This document shows, in pieces, positions 23,301-35,492 of a stretch of DNA of 64,000 nucleotides. The position numbers and the translations under genes are program-made. The first letter of the stretch is position 1; each line of letters opens with the position of its first letter. Source of the DNA: Puccinia triticina (taxonomy: Eukaryota); the NCBI GenBank assembly GCA_026914245.1, contig CP110440.1, positions 3,286,001 to 3,350,000 of the forward strand, in the 5' to 3' direction. The notes beneath the pieces were generated by a model. That model was not told where the DNA came from and did not search any database. It saw only the letters and a list, made by a program, of their open reading frames with translations.

Positions 23301-24950
23301 ATCTCACAAGCTCTTCAATGAAGCTCACAAGCCTCATCCGCATTCATTTGTCCCTGGGGAGTATTCATCTTGTGATTTCTTCATGGAAATCGTCCTCGAT
23401 CCAAAAACATACTCGTCAAAGGTTCTGGAAACCCTGTTCTCAGCCCAAGAGACCCAAAATTTCACCTGCTCCCGCAAGATCCACAACAAAAAAATTGTTC
23501 ACCCCCGGGGCAATCACCACTTTTTTGTCCTGGCTGTCACCCCGTCCATGTTTGCTAACAACGGTATCAGCCCAACGGAACCAGATAAACTGATTGTGTG
23601 GTGGTCGTCTGTGGGCCTTGCTGGAACCTCTGCTCTACAATGCCGGAGTTGTAACACGAGCCAGCCCAAGAAAACCCATTGATCTCAGCCCACTGATTAT
23701 GAAGAACCAACAAGTACCGGTAGTTTCCTTGATGAGGTCTCCCACATATCCTTCCCTGATGCAAAAGCTCCCCCTCATTTATATTTTCACATTGACATAT
23801 TGAACATCTCAGATGAAGAAGAACAGCAAGCTTTCATGGGCCAGAAGAACTGGCCATTCAAGCTGACCATCTCTGGCGAGGTTTACACATTGATCTTGCG
23901 TGGCTTCTGGGGAGCCAAACACTACTGGGGTAAAGTCTTGCAGAACGTTCAAGGAGTGACTGGTGTATGGCTCCACAGTGATTGAATCAATGCCGGATTT
24001 GCCCAGATGGTCAACCCGCTTCCCGGCATTATCAGCGGACCGCATTTGCATACAAGTTGGTTAATCTATTCGCGAAGCTGGACACAAAATGAAGCAACCT
24101 TTGTGGAACAAAGTATCAATCGAATCCGCCGCGATAACCCCAAAATCACCTTGGCGCTGCCTTTTGCTCACATGAAAAGTCTTTTGAATTTATCTTACAA
24201 CAGCGATGTGCATCTGGAAACATTGAAACCAGAAACCGATTTGAAATTGGCAAGTAACCGGAGACATACATATCACGGCAACATTGGAGACAATATCTCC
24301 GATGAATCCAGCTCGGGCGGTTCTAGTGATAGTGATTACAGTGGCAACCACTCCAAAGATGATCCAAGCAATGATGGATCCGAATACAAAGCTTGTGGTC
24401 CGGCATTGAGTGCCCCTATCCCATGTATCCAACCAATCAAGATTAGACTTCGGATGAACAAGACACAGCCCACTCCCTCAAGCAAAACCTCACCAAAATC
24501 ACTCCATGCCAAACCAACCGTTTTCAAGTCACTCACCAAGCCGTCTGCCGGGCGGGGACACCATGCAAGGGCACCTCAAAAGGTTCCCACTCCCGATATT
24601 CCTCCGGAAAATCCCGCACCTCCAGATTCCAGTCAATCGTCAGAAGCCAGTGCTGAGGTAACGGCAATACAACAAGCATCCGCCAAGCCAACCAAAAAAC
24701 GTGGTTGTCCCAGGAAGAAGAAACAAAATGCGGCCAAAATCAAGTCAACCCCTCTCACTGATGCAGACTGGGAGCGCATTGCCGCCCGCTTGGCGGCCAA
24801 CTTTACTTCTCATTGGAACGCGGAGAATGAGAGGTATCAGAGACTGAATCCAAATGGTGGCCAAGCTCTACAAATAGAGGTGGGAAGGCCCCCAAATAAT
24901 CTGGTTTCCTCTCTTAATGTTGGCTCCCCTCAAAATTCCGCCACCCCAAG
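20343..24950 (+). pseudogene. Multi-exon MULE transposase (WRKY/GCM1-type Zn DNA-binding domain, DDE core) followed by a USP-like cysteine protease region; tail continues at ~54695-54870
   Basis: YCLGVLRCDQDGC..HRGFHHQQWP (GCM-like); ISDVTYRFF, LVDFSKAQ, GCQEN (CxxH decayed), PSTTNAQVS (E>V); N*CWLEAALESL and YTLILRGFWGAKHYWGKV..GVWLHSD; AT-hook-like KKRGCPRKK. Several GT-AG introns (e.g. 20714-20787) and premature stops. Confidence 0.8.
22506..22984. mobile_element. TIR MITE (CA...TG termini) inserted in the MULE gene
   Basis: TIR CAACGGTGTATCCGCTGCGCT; 7-bp TSD CTGACAC. Removal restores the frame NNGRPPDT|TEALLD. GCGCTAC/GTAGCG subterminal repeats. Confidence 0.9.
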
Positions 24951-25618
24951 CACTACCAACATGGATGAATTTGTGTTGTTGTATATTGATCAGTATAGCG
25001 TATATTGATCAATTTTTTTTTATTCCTCTTGATACCTTTGTCTGTGTTCCATGTTGCCTTAATACTCTTCTATAATCTCTCAGCTTCCCCCTGTGTTAGC
25101 TTCAAGCCACAGCAATCTTTTCTTTTTTTTCCCTGATAAAATTCATGAATTTCTACATACACCATTCTGTTCTTCCTGAAAAAAAGTTTTGGGATTGATC
25201 CAGGGTGGCTCAGGGGTCTCAGGATTTTTTTTTTTTTCTTTTTTTTTTTACTTCAACCATTGATGTTATCAGAAGTCTCCAAATCTACTTTTTGTCAAAA
25301 AAGGGAAACATTGACCCTTCACCTCTCTCAAAATACCATCCTTCCTGGGTTGTTAATTTGGTGTGACCTTAAATTTCCTGAAGATTTGGCATATCATCCT
25401 TGATGCATATAAGGCATTTGGAAATTAGTTTAACATGGTTGAGCATATTTTTGTCAGGGTCTTAACACCAAGAAACTACCAAATTAGTGATATCTGGCGA
25501 CCAATCACATTGTAGCTATTACATTTGGGGGTTTTGCGGTCATTCAAGGTACTGAACAAATTTTTGAGGGCATTTGATTGTTTTGGTACCAATGATCCCA
25601 CGCTGCGCCAAGATATAG

Positions 25619-26681
25619 TGTCAGGCGCGGTGATGCCAAGAGTAATATTACTCTTCTAGCTACGCCGGCGACAGAGCACAGAGCGGTAGCGCGCGCAGCA
25701 AAAGCGCGGTACAAGTGCGAATTAGCTAAAAAAGCTTATTTCTAATGAACCCAAAAAAGGGGTTAACGGGGGGCCAGGGGCGCCAGGGGTGGTTTAGTGC
25801 CCTCCACAGTTCTTACAGGGCCTGCGCACGAGATGCGCAGGGGTTTTTGTGGCCTGTGACGTCTGGGGCCCTTAAAAAGGGGGTGATTGCGCGATGACTC
25901 GCTCCCAGGAGATATAAAGGGATAGAAATCCCGGTAGAAAGGAAAAAAACGCAGACTTACTTGTAAAAAGAAGTCTGCAACAAAAAAACACGATTGATCC
26001 GAAAAAACCAAAGTCGAGGCGATGTCAGGCTGGCGAACTGGTCGATGAGACGAGTGGCAAGACTGGCGAGGCGTCGAACTGGTTATAATAGGTATCTGAG
26101 GGGCCCTCCTTTATATATTCGGGCTACAACCAGTAGGGTTGTAGCTGTTATTGCAAATACTTCCTCAGTTTCTCGGCCGGAGGAAGTAGTTATTCTGACA
26201 AGGATGACAGGAGTGAAGGGGGATTCTACTAGTCCCTTCGCTCCCGTTCATCTTTATTTGTTATTCGATCCTTTTGCTATTCCTTGGCTCAAGGAATAGC
26301 GTGGTATGAGTTCCATCATTGGCCGGGGGAGGAGGAGTAGTATAATTCTTTCTCTCCTCCCCAACCGAAGTCCTTCTAATTCTCATGGAGACTACCCTTG
26401 GTTTAGTAGTCTCCTGAGGGTGTCTGGCGACCCGTTCTCTTGGCTTGAGAACGGGTTTTGAACTACTGTTCTTTCTCCTGCCAATTCTTCGGCCGGAGCT
26501 TATTATCCTGTCTAAGGGATCTTTTTCTTTGTGTGCGCGGCGCTCCGCGCCGCAGCTAGGTCTTTTTACAATAAAGAAGTCTATTTTGTATGCGGCGCTC
26601 TGCGCCGCTATTATTACATACATTTTTGTAATGTTACAATAGTTAGCCGGGCTCTAACTTATTATAGTAGCCCGGCTGACA
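25619..26681 (-). repeat. Gypsy B 3' LTR (1063 bp)
   Basis: Direct repeat of 49160-50247 with scattered SNPs and indels (18-bp indel, A-run length). Confidence 0.97.
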
Positions 26682-26721
26682 TTCCCTCTCACCAAGATAA
26701 GCTACTCGTAACTTAGCTGAG

Positions 26722-26810
26722 CTATTTTTGCTTAGAAACTCTGTAGTTACGCAGGTGAATTGCTCCATCCGGAATATTATTCTCAGGTAGCCATCCATCT
26801 TTATCTGCTG
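26722..26810 (-). pseudogene. C-terminal half of the gypsy B integrase chromodomain
   Basis: ADKDGWLPENNIPDGAIHLRNYRVSKQK* continues RL*LVRYRNQS from 42133-42170 across the gypsy A insertion. Confidence 0.88.
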
Positions 26811-27764
26811 TGTGAGCCTGAGTCTCTTTAGTGACAGCAGGACACAAGAAAGAAAGGGGGAATAATTGGATTTCTTTGGATAAAGAAAATACAATTATGA
26901 GAGAGAGAGAAACTGAGCAGGATTAAGATGAGCAGATATTCAAGGTTATTCTAGTGGGAATGCACGTCCACTGGCAATGCTACCTCTTCAGAAGAGTGCT
27001 GCCAAGCTGTGCTAGAGAGTGCTACAGCCTCCTCTCACCAAAGAAACGTGGAGGGTCTCTGGATTAGATAAATTTAATCCAGCCACAATTTTTTAGCTTC
27101 CTTCTGGATAGTCAAGGTTCTTAAAGGGAAACCTAAGGGACAGCCCTTTAATCAAGATAAGGCAAAGGCCAGCAGTTATGGAGGGACAGCCCTGTGATCA
27201 AGAGAAGGCAAAGGCCAGCAGAAAGAACAGATCAAGCAAGACACAGAGTTGTACCTCTGAGATAAACAAGGTTCAGTGAAAAAGGTTACTTACTGTCAAT
27301 ATCCTAGGCGCCTGTGACGGTAGGTATACTGGGAGTGTTGTAAACTCTTTGGTGGTGATCCTGGGGTTATCTGGGGTGTGGTTCTGGTGTGCTGAAGTCT
27401 GTAGATCCGCCTCAGGCAAGGGGGATCCTGACTACAAAATTTTTCACAGTTTGCTTATGTAATTTACATATGTACATGTGGTTTGGCGCGCCTGGTAGCG
27501 CTGACACGTCACAACTGCGCAAGCGCGCCACAACTCAATAACTCAGGGAAGGAGTATAGTTACAATGAATTGATAAGTTGTAACTAGGGTTAAAATTGCA
27601 TGAGAAAACAGAATATGAAGTCAAAACAAGGTTATCTCTTAAGATGAAAAAGATATAAAGTAATTTATATGTAACAAAGGTAGAACAGGCAGCTTTTAGG
27701 TCAGCTGTGATGACTCTAAGTCTGACATTCCCTACCACCAAAAGGGTTGGATTTCTGTAAGAAA

Positions 27765-30700
27765 TTAAACCACAGGGTTAGACCTCTTCTCACTTCTGAA
27801 TTTCCTGAGAAGGATAGCAGAGTCTGGGATGTCTTTCTCAAGGAGCCATTCATCATGATCAGCACTCATACCTTTGTATCTAGCTAAGTACATCATAACA
27901 TCTCTGTTTTCCACTCTCAATCTCTTGTCTCTGAGAATCTTTTGTATGACTTTACGCTGAGGGGTCTTATCCATGGGGGGAATGACAACTTTGACTTTCT
28001 GTCTCAAAGGGAACTTGTCTGGATTGGGGTCTTTGTATGGTTTCACCAAGCTGACAGGAAATGTGGGATGTTTCCTGCTAAACTCTTCAGTCAATATCAC
28101 TTCTACAGCATTCTTCCCATGTAAAGCTTTCACAAGGAATGGTCCAGTGAAGGAGTCTCTCATCTTCTTAGGGCCAGACAGGTTGTTGAAGTTTGCTGTG
28201 GATATTAGGACCTTATCACCAACTTTAAAAGATGGTTCTTTGTGACTCTTGTCCCATCTCTCTTTGTTATAAGATGTAGCTTCTGTTATGCATTGCTCAG
28301 CATGTTTTCTAGCTTTCTCAAAGATCTTTCCATAGGCAAGAGCAGTAGGATGAATGTCTACAGAGTCTTGCTTCAAGAAATTCCTGGGAAGGTTTGGGAT
28401 CCAGCCTTTGTCCAGGATGGCAGGAGGTTTTCCAGTGGTTGAATGTATGCTGGTGCAATATGCTAGCTCAATGATTGGTAGAAGTGAAACCCAATCATGA
28501 GTGTGACCATCATTGTCTTTGAATTCTAGACCATATGCACAAAACCTCCTGATCATATCTTCAAGTGTTTGAATCATTCTTTCAGCTAATCCATCAGTCT
28601 GAGGGTGGTAAGCAGTGGAGAAGGAGAGTTTTGTTCCTAACATACTGTGTAAACCAGTCCAGAATTCAGATGTGAACTTAGGGTCTCTATCAGAGATGAT
28701 GATTCTGGGGATGCCAGTCCTAGGCATTACTCTGTTCCAAAACAGTATGGCAGTGTCCATGGCAGAGTCATCCTTGAAGCAGGGTACAAATATAGGGGTC
28801 TTAGAGTATCTGTCCACTATTACCAGACAAGCATTGAAACTAGCAGCTCCTCCAGGGGACAAGAAAGTTACCCAATCCATGTTAATAACATCCCATGGTT
28901 TTGAAGGTTCTTCAATTTTCATGAGCAGTCCAAATCTTTTGCCTGTGGCTTTATTTGCTTTCTGGCATCTATCACAGGAAGAGCAGTATTCACCAGTGTC
29001 TTGTCTCCAGTTAGCCCACCAAGCAGTATCAACTACTTTTTCTAAAGTCCTTTCTTCAGAAAGGTGACCAGAGTATACACTGTCATGGCATTCATGCAAG
29101 ATGGTGTTGATACTTTCTTTGTCAGCTAGGACTAGGACAGAGTTGTGTTTCTCTCTGAAGTAGATAAGGCCATCAAATATAGAGAATCTTCCTTCATCAT
29201 ATAGCTTTCTCCAAGGATCTTGTAAAGAATTTTTTAGCTGAGCATCTTTAGCATCTTTCAACAAAAGTTCAGACAATATGGTAGTGTTCTTGTCTTGCTT
29301 GTAGCCTTCTCTCACTGAGTCAAAGAACTCATTCTTGAAAGTAGAGACATGTATGCCCATGATGGGGAATCTATCATCATCCTTGTCTTCTGGGTCATAA
29401 GCAGGGTTACTAGGATCATTTGGCAAAGCCCATCTGCTCAGTCCATCAGCATTTTTGTGAATATTCCCATCTCTGTGGATTATGGTCATATTGCCTCTGT
29501 ATTCCTGAATAGCAATCTGCCACCTGAGCATATGTCTGTTGGGAGTCTTCATGTTCAGCAGTGATCTCAAAGCTGTGCAGTCTGTTACAACATGAAAGAC
29601 ACTGCCATCTAAGTAGTAATGGAGTTTTTCCAGGGCCCAAACCAGGCATAAGCATTCAAGTTGACTAGCACCATATCTTGTTTCACTGTCCTTCAGTTGT
29701 CTGGATATGAAAACAATGAGTCCTTCTTTTCTCACTCCATCAATGACTTGGACTTGATGTAAAGCAGCACCTAGTCCAGTCATGCTAGCATCTACATATA
29801 GTGTGAAGGGATGGGCCCAGTCAGGAAACAGTAGCAATGGAGCTGTGGTTAGTTTCTCTTTTAACAAGTTGTAGGCTACTATTCTATGATGAGTCATCTC
29901 ATATATGACATCAATCCTTGTCAGTTCAGTCAGAGGTTTTGCTATCTCTGCAAACTTTTCAATGTGTTGTCTGTAGTAGCCAGCAAAACCAAGAAATGAT
30001 TGCATTTCTTTCCTACTACTAGGCACAGGCTTTTGGAGGACAGCAGCTACCTTATTTTGATCTATCCCTATGGCAATGCCAGAGACAAGATGGCCCAGAG
30101 CTTTGATCTGATCAAATCCAAAGTTACACTTCTTCAATGAGATTTTCATGTTCATGTTAATGACAACTTTCAGGATCCTGTCTATCCTATTGAGGTGTTC
30201 CTCCCAAGTGTTGGACATAATGATGATATCATCAATGTAGATAATGACCCACTTCTCATCAATTTCCTTTCTGAACTCAATGTCCATCATTCTCTGGAAA
30301 TGAGAGGGGGCATTCTTGATCCCAAAGGGCATTCTCAGGTACTCATAGATTCCTTTGTGCATAATAATCCTGAGTAGATGTCTGGAATCTTCTGCAATGA
30401 CATTCTGGTGAAAACCTTTAAGTACATCCATACTAGTCAGATACTTGGCTTTGGCCAGGTTGTTCAGAGTCTCACTGATCTTGGGAATGGGATACCTGTC
30501 TGAAGCAGTGTAGGAATTCAAAGCCCTGAAGTCTCCTACCATTCTGGACTTTCCATTGTGCCAGGCAATGATTACAGGAGTAGTGATCTCAACTACTTCA
30601 TTATGACCAACTTTCCTCAGAACATTCAGGTTTACTAGCTCTTCAATGTGTTGCTCAAGAGCTTCTCTGCTTTTGGGGCTGGCAGGATAAGGAGGTCTTC

Positions 30701-32924
30701 TGAGGAGAGGAGGATAGGGTCTCTCAGTTGTCAACTTGATATGAACTTCATGACCCTTAATGGCACCAAGGGGCTGGTTGGTGTTGGAGAAGGCTAGGTT
30801 GTTATTGTAGAGGACTTCAAACAGCTTCTCCTTTTGCTCAATGGTCAGCTTATTACTGAACTTGGCTTCACAGAGTTCTTCTGTAATAAATTTCTGCAGT
30901 TGAGGATGGGACTTCTTTACAGCAGAAATTTCATTGGAAGGGCTCATTTTATCCAGATGATGAGACTTAAAGCTGAATTTCTTCCTCTTGTTCTCATTTC
31001 CAATGGTAAAGAATCTCTCTTTGCTGTTTGTGATGTCAAAGCCATAAAGAGACATGTAATCATTCCCAAGGATAAGATAGTTAATTCTTGCATTTTTCAT
31101 GACTACAAATTCTGCTAGAATTCTAATGGAACCTTTAGTGTGAGGAAAAATCAAAGCCATTTCTATTATGCCCATTGGCTGTAATTGGTCACTACAGCTG
31201 TGAAATTTAGCATGGTTGATTGGCATGAGCTTGTTTTCCCATTCTGGTAATATAGAATCTAGCAGTTTGTTGCTGATGATTGAGCAAGAAGCTCCACTAT
31301 CAAGAAGACATGAGTGTTCTCTGGATTCAATTAGGACAGTAGTAAGGTTTGCTTTTCCAGTAAGATGAGCTTTTCCTCTATCAGGTTTACATTTCATCAG
31401 TCTAGCATCCTCTATGTGGGAAGACTGGCAGGATTTGTCCCAGGTCTGAGGTTGATGAGTTTCAGCTTGAATTTCAGCAATGGAGAAGTCTTGGTTTATC
31501 TCACATTCTACAGCATGTGTTCCAAAATCAAAATCAACTAAGGGATCATAATTGGCACCATTTCCATTGTCCATGGCAAGAATCATGTGATTGGTTCTAT
31601 GATTCTCTTCCTCTTCATCCAGTTCTGATTCAGACTTATGTGGTTCACCTTGATCATCTTCATTGTCACTCTTGGGATCATCATCATCCTCCATTACTAC
31701 ATTATTAATTCTGTTCTTCTTCTTGGGGCATTCCCTGGAGAAGTGGCCAGTTTGTTTGCAGAAATGACACATAAGTTTTTCTTTCTCAGGGGCAGAGACA
31801 TAATTCTTTTTGGCAGAGGAGTCAGATGGCTTATCAGCTTTCTCAGGGGCAGAATTGTTTCTCCATTGGGATCTGTTAGGAGGGTTATAATTTTTTGTCA
31901 GAGGCTTGTTCCTTTTCATGACTCTGTCTATGACTTCTTCAGCAATTATAACCATATCCTCAAAACTCATTTCAGTAGCATCTCTTTTGTATCTGCTTTT
32001 AATAGCATGCTCAAGGTTTGGAGGGCATTGCTTCAAGATTTTCTCACAAATAAGATACTCACTGAGTTCAGGTTGATAAGCCTTCAGTCTTTCTCTCTGA
32101 TTACCAAACCATTTATGGATTTTCCTTCCATCATAGGCAAAGTGATCATTCTCAAATTCTTGTTGCATTTTCCATTTCCAGTTCTCAGTGCCAAACTTGT
32201 TTCTGATGGCATTCTTCCACCAAGCCCAAGATTTGGTTCCATACTGGTCTCTGATGCCTAGGTACCAATTCCTGGCAGTGACAGTCAACAAGATTTTTAA
32301 TCTACTGATTATCATATTATCTAGCATCAAGTAGTCTCTGACCAGGATATCAGTGTTTTTAATCCAAAGTTCATGATTGTAAGGCAATTCTCCAGAGAAT
32401 TTCTCCCAGTCTCCATTCTTGGGGATACCTTTCCACAATTCTTTCCTCATTTCAAAGTCTACTGCTCCATGATCAATATAGGGGAATTCTTCTTGTGCAT
32501 TTGCATTAGTAGCATTGCTTGTAGGTCTAGAGAAGTTATCCCTGGATGGTCTTTGAGGTTCAGGAGTAGGAATAGGTGGAGGGGCTCTGTGTTCTTGCTG
32601 TTGTTCATGATGAACATTCTGAAAAGGGTTATTGTACAAGAGATGTGGGGGCTGTTCTCTATCCTTTTGGGTCATTAAGGAATCTAATCTGGAACTCACA
32701 GAATTTATCACAGAAGATATATCACTGAATCTTCTCTTGGATTGTTCAAACCTGTTGTGTTCATTGACATGAAGATCATTAATCTGATTTCCAATGGATG
32801 AAAAGTTGTGATCCAGTTTCTCTTCAAGCCCTTTCAAATTATGGCCAATGTTGTCCATGTTGGAATGGCATTGTGATTCATTCACCAGAATCAAATCTTG
32901 GATAGTCTCGAATTTCTCATCCAT
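27765..32924 (-). CDS. Gypsy A gag-pol polyprotein (gag, CCHC knuckle, protease, RT, RNase H, integrase, chromodomain), 1719 aa
   Basis: [70 protein letters not shown]-terminal YLARYKG..DEWL. Confidence 0.97.
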   Translation of the reverse strand: MDEKFETIQDLILVNESQCHSNMDNIGHNLKGLEEKLDHNFSSIGNQINDLHVNEHNRFEQSKRRFSDISSVINSVSSRLDSLMTQKDREQPPHLLYNNPFQNVHHEQQQEHRAPPPIPTPEPQRPSRDNFSRPTSNATNANAQEEFPYIDHGAVDFEMRKELWKGIPKNGDWEKFSGELPYNHELWIKNTDILVRDYLMLDNMIISRLKILLTVTARNWYLGIRDQYGTKSWAWWKNAIRNKFGTENWKWKMQQEFENDHFAYDGRKIHKWFGNQRERLKAYQPELSEYLICEKILKQCPPNLEHAIKSRYKRDATEMSFEDMVIIAEEVIDRVMKRNKPLTKNYNPPNRSQWRNNSAPEKADKPSDSSAKKNYVSAPEKEKLMCHFCKQTGHFSRECPKKKNRINNVVMEDDDDPKSDNEDDQGEPHKSESELDEEEENHRTNHMILAMDNGNGANYDPLVDFDFGTHAVECEINQDFSIAEIQAETHQPQTWDKSCQSSHIEDARLMKCKPDRGKAHLTGKANLTTVLIESREHSCLLDSGASCSIISNKLLDSILPEWENKLMPINHAKFHSCSDQLQPMGIIEMALIFPHTKGSIRILAEFVVMKNARINYLILGNDYMSLYGFDITNSKERFFTIGNENKRKKFSFKSHHLDKMSPSNEISAVKKSHPQLQKFITEELCEAKFSNKLTIEQKEKLFEVLYNNNLAFSNTNQPLGAIKGHEVHIKLTTERPYPPLLRRPPYPASPKSREALEQHIEELVNLNVLRKVGHNEVVEITTPVIIAWHNGKSRMVGDFRALNSYTASDRYPIPKISETLNNLAKAKYLTSMDVLKGFHQNVIAEDSRHLLRIIMHKGIYEYLRMPFGIKNAPSHFQRMMDIEFRKEIDEKWVIIYIDDIIIMSNTWEEHLNRIDRILKVVINMNMKISLKKCNFGFDQIKALGHLVSGIAIGIDQNKVAAVLQKPVPSSRKEMQSFLGFAGYYRQHIEKFAEIAKPLTELTRIDVIYEMTHHRIVAYNLLKEKLTTAPLLLFPDWAHPFTLYVDASMTGLGAALHQVQVIDGVRKEGLIVFISRQLKDSETRYGASQLECLCLVWALEKLHYYLDGSVFHVVTDCTALRSLLNMKTPNRHMLRWQIAIQEYRGNMTIIHRDGNIHKNADGLSRWALPNDPSNPAYDPEDKDDDRFPIMGIHVSTFKNEFFDSVREGYKQDKNTTILSELLLKDAKDAQLKNSLQDPWRKLYDEGRFSIFDGLIYFREKHNSVLVLADKESINTILHECHDSVYSGHLSEERTLEKVVDTAWWANWRQDTGEYCSSCDRCQKANKATGKRFGLLMKIEEPSKPWDVINMDWVTFLSPGGAASFNACLVIVDRYSKTPIFVPCFKDDSAMDTAILFWNRVMPRTGIPRIIISDRDPKFTSEFWTGLHSMLGTKLSFSTAYHPQTDGLAERMIQTLEDMIRRFCAYGLEFKDNDGHTHDWVSLLPIIELAYCTSIHSTTGKPPAILDKGWIPNLPRNFLKQDSVDIHPTALAYGKIFEKARKHAEQCITEATSYNKERWDKSHKEPSFKVGDKVLISTANFNNLSGPKKMRDSFTGPFLVKALHGKNAVEVILTEEFSRKHPTFPVSLVKPYKDPNPDKFPLRQKVKVVIPPMDKTPQRKVIQKILRDKRLRVENRDVMMYLARYKGMSADHDEWLLEKDIPDSAILLRKFRSEKRSNPVV

Positions 32925-33961
32925 GTGTTTTTCATTTGTTCTAACATATTTTTGCTCACATTGGATTTCTCTCTGGCACTTTCTCCTATATTATTCAGGA
33001 TTTGTTCTAGTAAGAATGGGATGAATTCACTTTTAAAGAGATCAAGAATGGAATCATTTAATACTTCTTTAAAGTTGCTAACACAAGATTCAAGAAGTGT
33101 ACCAGGAATGGTTTCAACAGTGCCAGACAATTCAGATAGAAATTTAGAGAACAATACTTGTAGCTTTTCTTCTAGAAACAAGGGGCCATTTCTCAACATT
33201 TCATTGTTAAGATTTTTGAGGAAAAATTCTCTATTGGAAGGGTCAGAGAGATTATCAATGTCTAAACTAAGACCTAAAGGAGAATCACTACTTAATGAAC
33301 TTTTAGGCAAGGATTCTACTAATATGGGCCTCTCCCTCTGGCTCTCCCTCGACCGTAACCTCTCCTCACTCCTTGTGTGGCTCTCATGAGATATTCTCCT
33401 ATCTGGAGAACCCGCTGGGTGTCGTCCCGTTGGTGTCTCCAGTTCCTCCCTGATCCTCTCCAATTGCCTTGAGGATGGGGCTGGCTGTGGTCTGCGTACC
33501 CTTGCTGCGTGGGAGGATAGTGGTGTTGATTGTACTCGCCAGGATGCTGGTGCGTGTTGGGGCGGAATAACTGAACCACCTCTCGCGGTATAGAAGCTGG
33601 TGGAGGTCTCACTTGGAGCTGCTGTTGCGGTAGAGGGGGTGGCGGTGGCGGTGGCAATTGATGGCTGCGGTAAACTGGAGCCTCTGGGCGCAGTGGTTGT
33701 TGTGGCGGCGGCGGCGGCGCTTGAGTTCCTGGATTGGATTGAGGGGTAGGACCCTCGTACCCAGCCTCTCGATTCCTGTGCTGGAAGTTCGTGGGCTCTG
33801 GAGTTGGCGTAGCTATCATGGGCTGGTGGTTGGAGTGTGGAATCAAAGCTAGGGACGGATTGTTCTGCGGAGGAGGGGCGGCCGTAATCTGAGGCTGATT
33901 GTTGTTTCCTTGATTGTAAATGAGGCGCTCCACGTCGTTCAATTCCATCCGGGGAATCCAT
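32891..33961 (-). CDS. Gypsy A upstream gag-extension ORF (356 aa), overlapping the accessory ORF and out of frame (-1) with gag-pol
   Basis: Long ORF that ends just inside the gag-pol start; G AAA AAC at 32933-32927 lies in the overlap. Confidence 0.6.
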   Translation of the reverse strand: MDSPDGIERRGAPHLQSRKQQSASDYGRPSSAEQSVPSFDSTLQPPAHDSYANSRAHELPAQESRGWVRGSYPSIQSRNSSAAAAATTTTAPRGSSLPQPSIATATATPSTATAAPSETSTSFYTARGGSVIPPQHAPASWRVQSTPLSSHAARVRRPQPAPSSRQLERIREELETPTGRHPAGSPDRRISHESHTRSEERLRSRESQRERPILVESLPKSSLSSDSPLGLSLDIDNLSDPSNREFFLKNLNNEMLRNGPLFLEEKLQVLFSKFLSELSGTVETIPGTLLESCVSNFKEVLNDSILDLFKSEFIPFLLEQILNNIGESAREKSNVSKNMLEQMKNTWMRNSRLSKI

Positions 33962-34155
33962 TCTTGGCAGAGACGGATAGTTTCCTCTCTCCCAACTATG
34001 TCTTCTATCATATCCTGGGTCGTGGCCGCCTGGGATAGGATCATTTTCATAGTCCTCAGGTTCTGCGCCTCCCGCGCTCGGACAAAAAGGTCGAATTGGT
34101 CGTTGAAGAGATTCACTAGTCCTGAGAGCTCTGGATCTTCCGGTATGAGCTCCAT
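33319..34155 (-). CDS. Gypsy A accessory ORF (278 aa; helical N-terminus, Pro/Gln-rich middle, RG-rich C-terminus)
   Basis: Intact ORF in the element leader; positional counterpart of 47349-47903 in gypsy B. Confidence 0.7.
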   Translation of the reverse strand: MELIPEDPELSGLVNLFNDQFDLFVRAREAQNLRTMKMILSQAATTQDMIEDIVGREETIRLCQEWIPRMELNDVERLIYNQGNNNQPQITAAPPPQNNPSLALIPHSNHQPMIATPTPEPTNFQHRNREAGYEGPTPQSNPGTQAPPPPPQQPLRPEAPVYRSHQLPPPPPPPLPQQQLQVRPPPASIPREVVQLFRPNTHQHPGEYNQHHYPPTQQGYADHSQPHPQGNWRGSGRNWRHQRDDTQRVLQIGEYLMRATQGVRRGYGRGRARGRGPY

Positions 34156-34873
34156 CGGGCCTGAAGAATCTGTTGGATGGGGGTTCTGCGAATGGGCGGA
34201 AGCAGGGCTAGATTTGGTGGCGCCTCCGGTCGTAAACCCTCTGGGTTGGTAGGCAGGGAGTTCATCGGAGTGCCTGCTGATATCATCGGTTCTCTCTCTA
34301 CCGGGCGCGGCACTGGTGTCGACCTGTTGGATGCGAGGGCCAGGGACGTCTCTCTTGGGTTGTACAATGCCGGCGGTATTCCGGTATCCGGGGGCAGCGG
34401 CTCCTCTTGAGGGAAATTGAGGAAATCCTCTCCCAGCGGTGGTAGCGCCGATTCTAGCTCTTCAAAGCCGCTCTTCTGCGGCGGGGCTGAGTTGGTAGCG
34501 GAGCTGTTGTTCTGCGGAGAGGTTTCGGCCATTCCTAAGATGAGGAGGCATAATGTATTAGGTTTTGTTGGAGAAAATGGGAAGGAGGCAGGGTTTGAGT
34601 ACCTGTAGTTTGGGATTTAGCGGAAATCCTTTTACTTTTACGTGTAGTAGAAGAGGATTTCTTCTTGGAATCTTTTGCGCAAGTTTTCGCAGGTGGTTCA
34701 GAGGTCCAGTCAGATATCTTGACTGGAGCTATGGTTTTTCTACGGCGAGTTTTCGGAGCTTTAGCTGTAGCTATAGGAGTCCACGAGGTACTACTGATAA
34801 GGTTGCCGTTACGCGGATTTGCTACTATCCTGTCGTCGTAGTTTTCTTCTTCTGCGCTAGTCTGCGCTGTCAC
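34116..34873 (-). CDS. Gypsy A spliced leader gene (exons ~34866-34603 and 34534-34116)
   Basis: A 68-nt intron at 34602-34535 (GTACTC...CTAAT...TTAG) joins the ORFs 34535-34873 and 34116-34532 in frame (ACA G|GA ATG). A further intron may lie at 34936-34867. Confidence 0.6.
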
Positions 34874-35104
34874 GAATTTTTTTACGGTTGATTGCGGTAA
34901 TTATAGTTAAGAAGGAGGAGAATCTTTTGAGCGCACTCCGTTTTTTGCTATCTCTTCTTGATCCAAAGATATAGAGGGTTCTGGGGAGGATAAGTCCGAC
35001 GAAAGGATAAATAGCTGCGCGGAGGAGTCGCAATTCTGCACTTTCACGAGTACACAGGACGTAAAATTTTTTTTCAAGGGTTCAGTTAGGGAATTTATCA
35101 ATAA

Positions 35105-35301
35105 GGGTGTTCAAAGTTGAAATCATAAAATTTTCAATGCATAAAATCATAAAATTATAAAACTTTCAAGTGATGATTTCATATGTACCATTCTAGAAAT
35201 GTTGCTCTAATTTGAGTGCTTGGGAGCAACATATTTTTTTCAGCTTAGAATTTTATGATTTTATAGTGTTATGATTTTATGCAAGTCAACTTTGAACACC
35301 C
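35105..35301. mobile_element. PIF/Harbinger (Tourist-like) MITE
   Basis: TIR GGGTGTTCAAAGTTGA; TSD TAA; second copy at 63263-63458. Confidence 0.92.
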
Positions 35302-35474
35302 TAAATATAAGAGCAGTTTGGAATAATTTTTGAAGAATTTTAGCGTTAGTATGATATGTAGAAAAATTTTTAAAGTGATTTTTTCAAATTTTTAAGAGTT
35401 TTTTGTTTGATTTAGTCAGGATGATCAGTCCTTTGGCTTTATAGCAGTCTAGAATTATGAAAAGGTGAGTAATT

Positions 35475-35492
35475 TTCCCGATGAGGCCCCCA
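35475..35492 (-). promoter_or_regulatory. Gypsy A primer-binding site (probably tRNA-Pro 3' end)
   Basis: TGGGGGCCTCATCGGGAA, 2 nt after the 5' LTR. Confidence 0.75.

Noticed and set aside
25994..26642. Duplicated 101-120 aa ORFs (also at 49542-50208)
   Set aside because: They are duplicated only because they lie in the LTRs; no recognisable domain.
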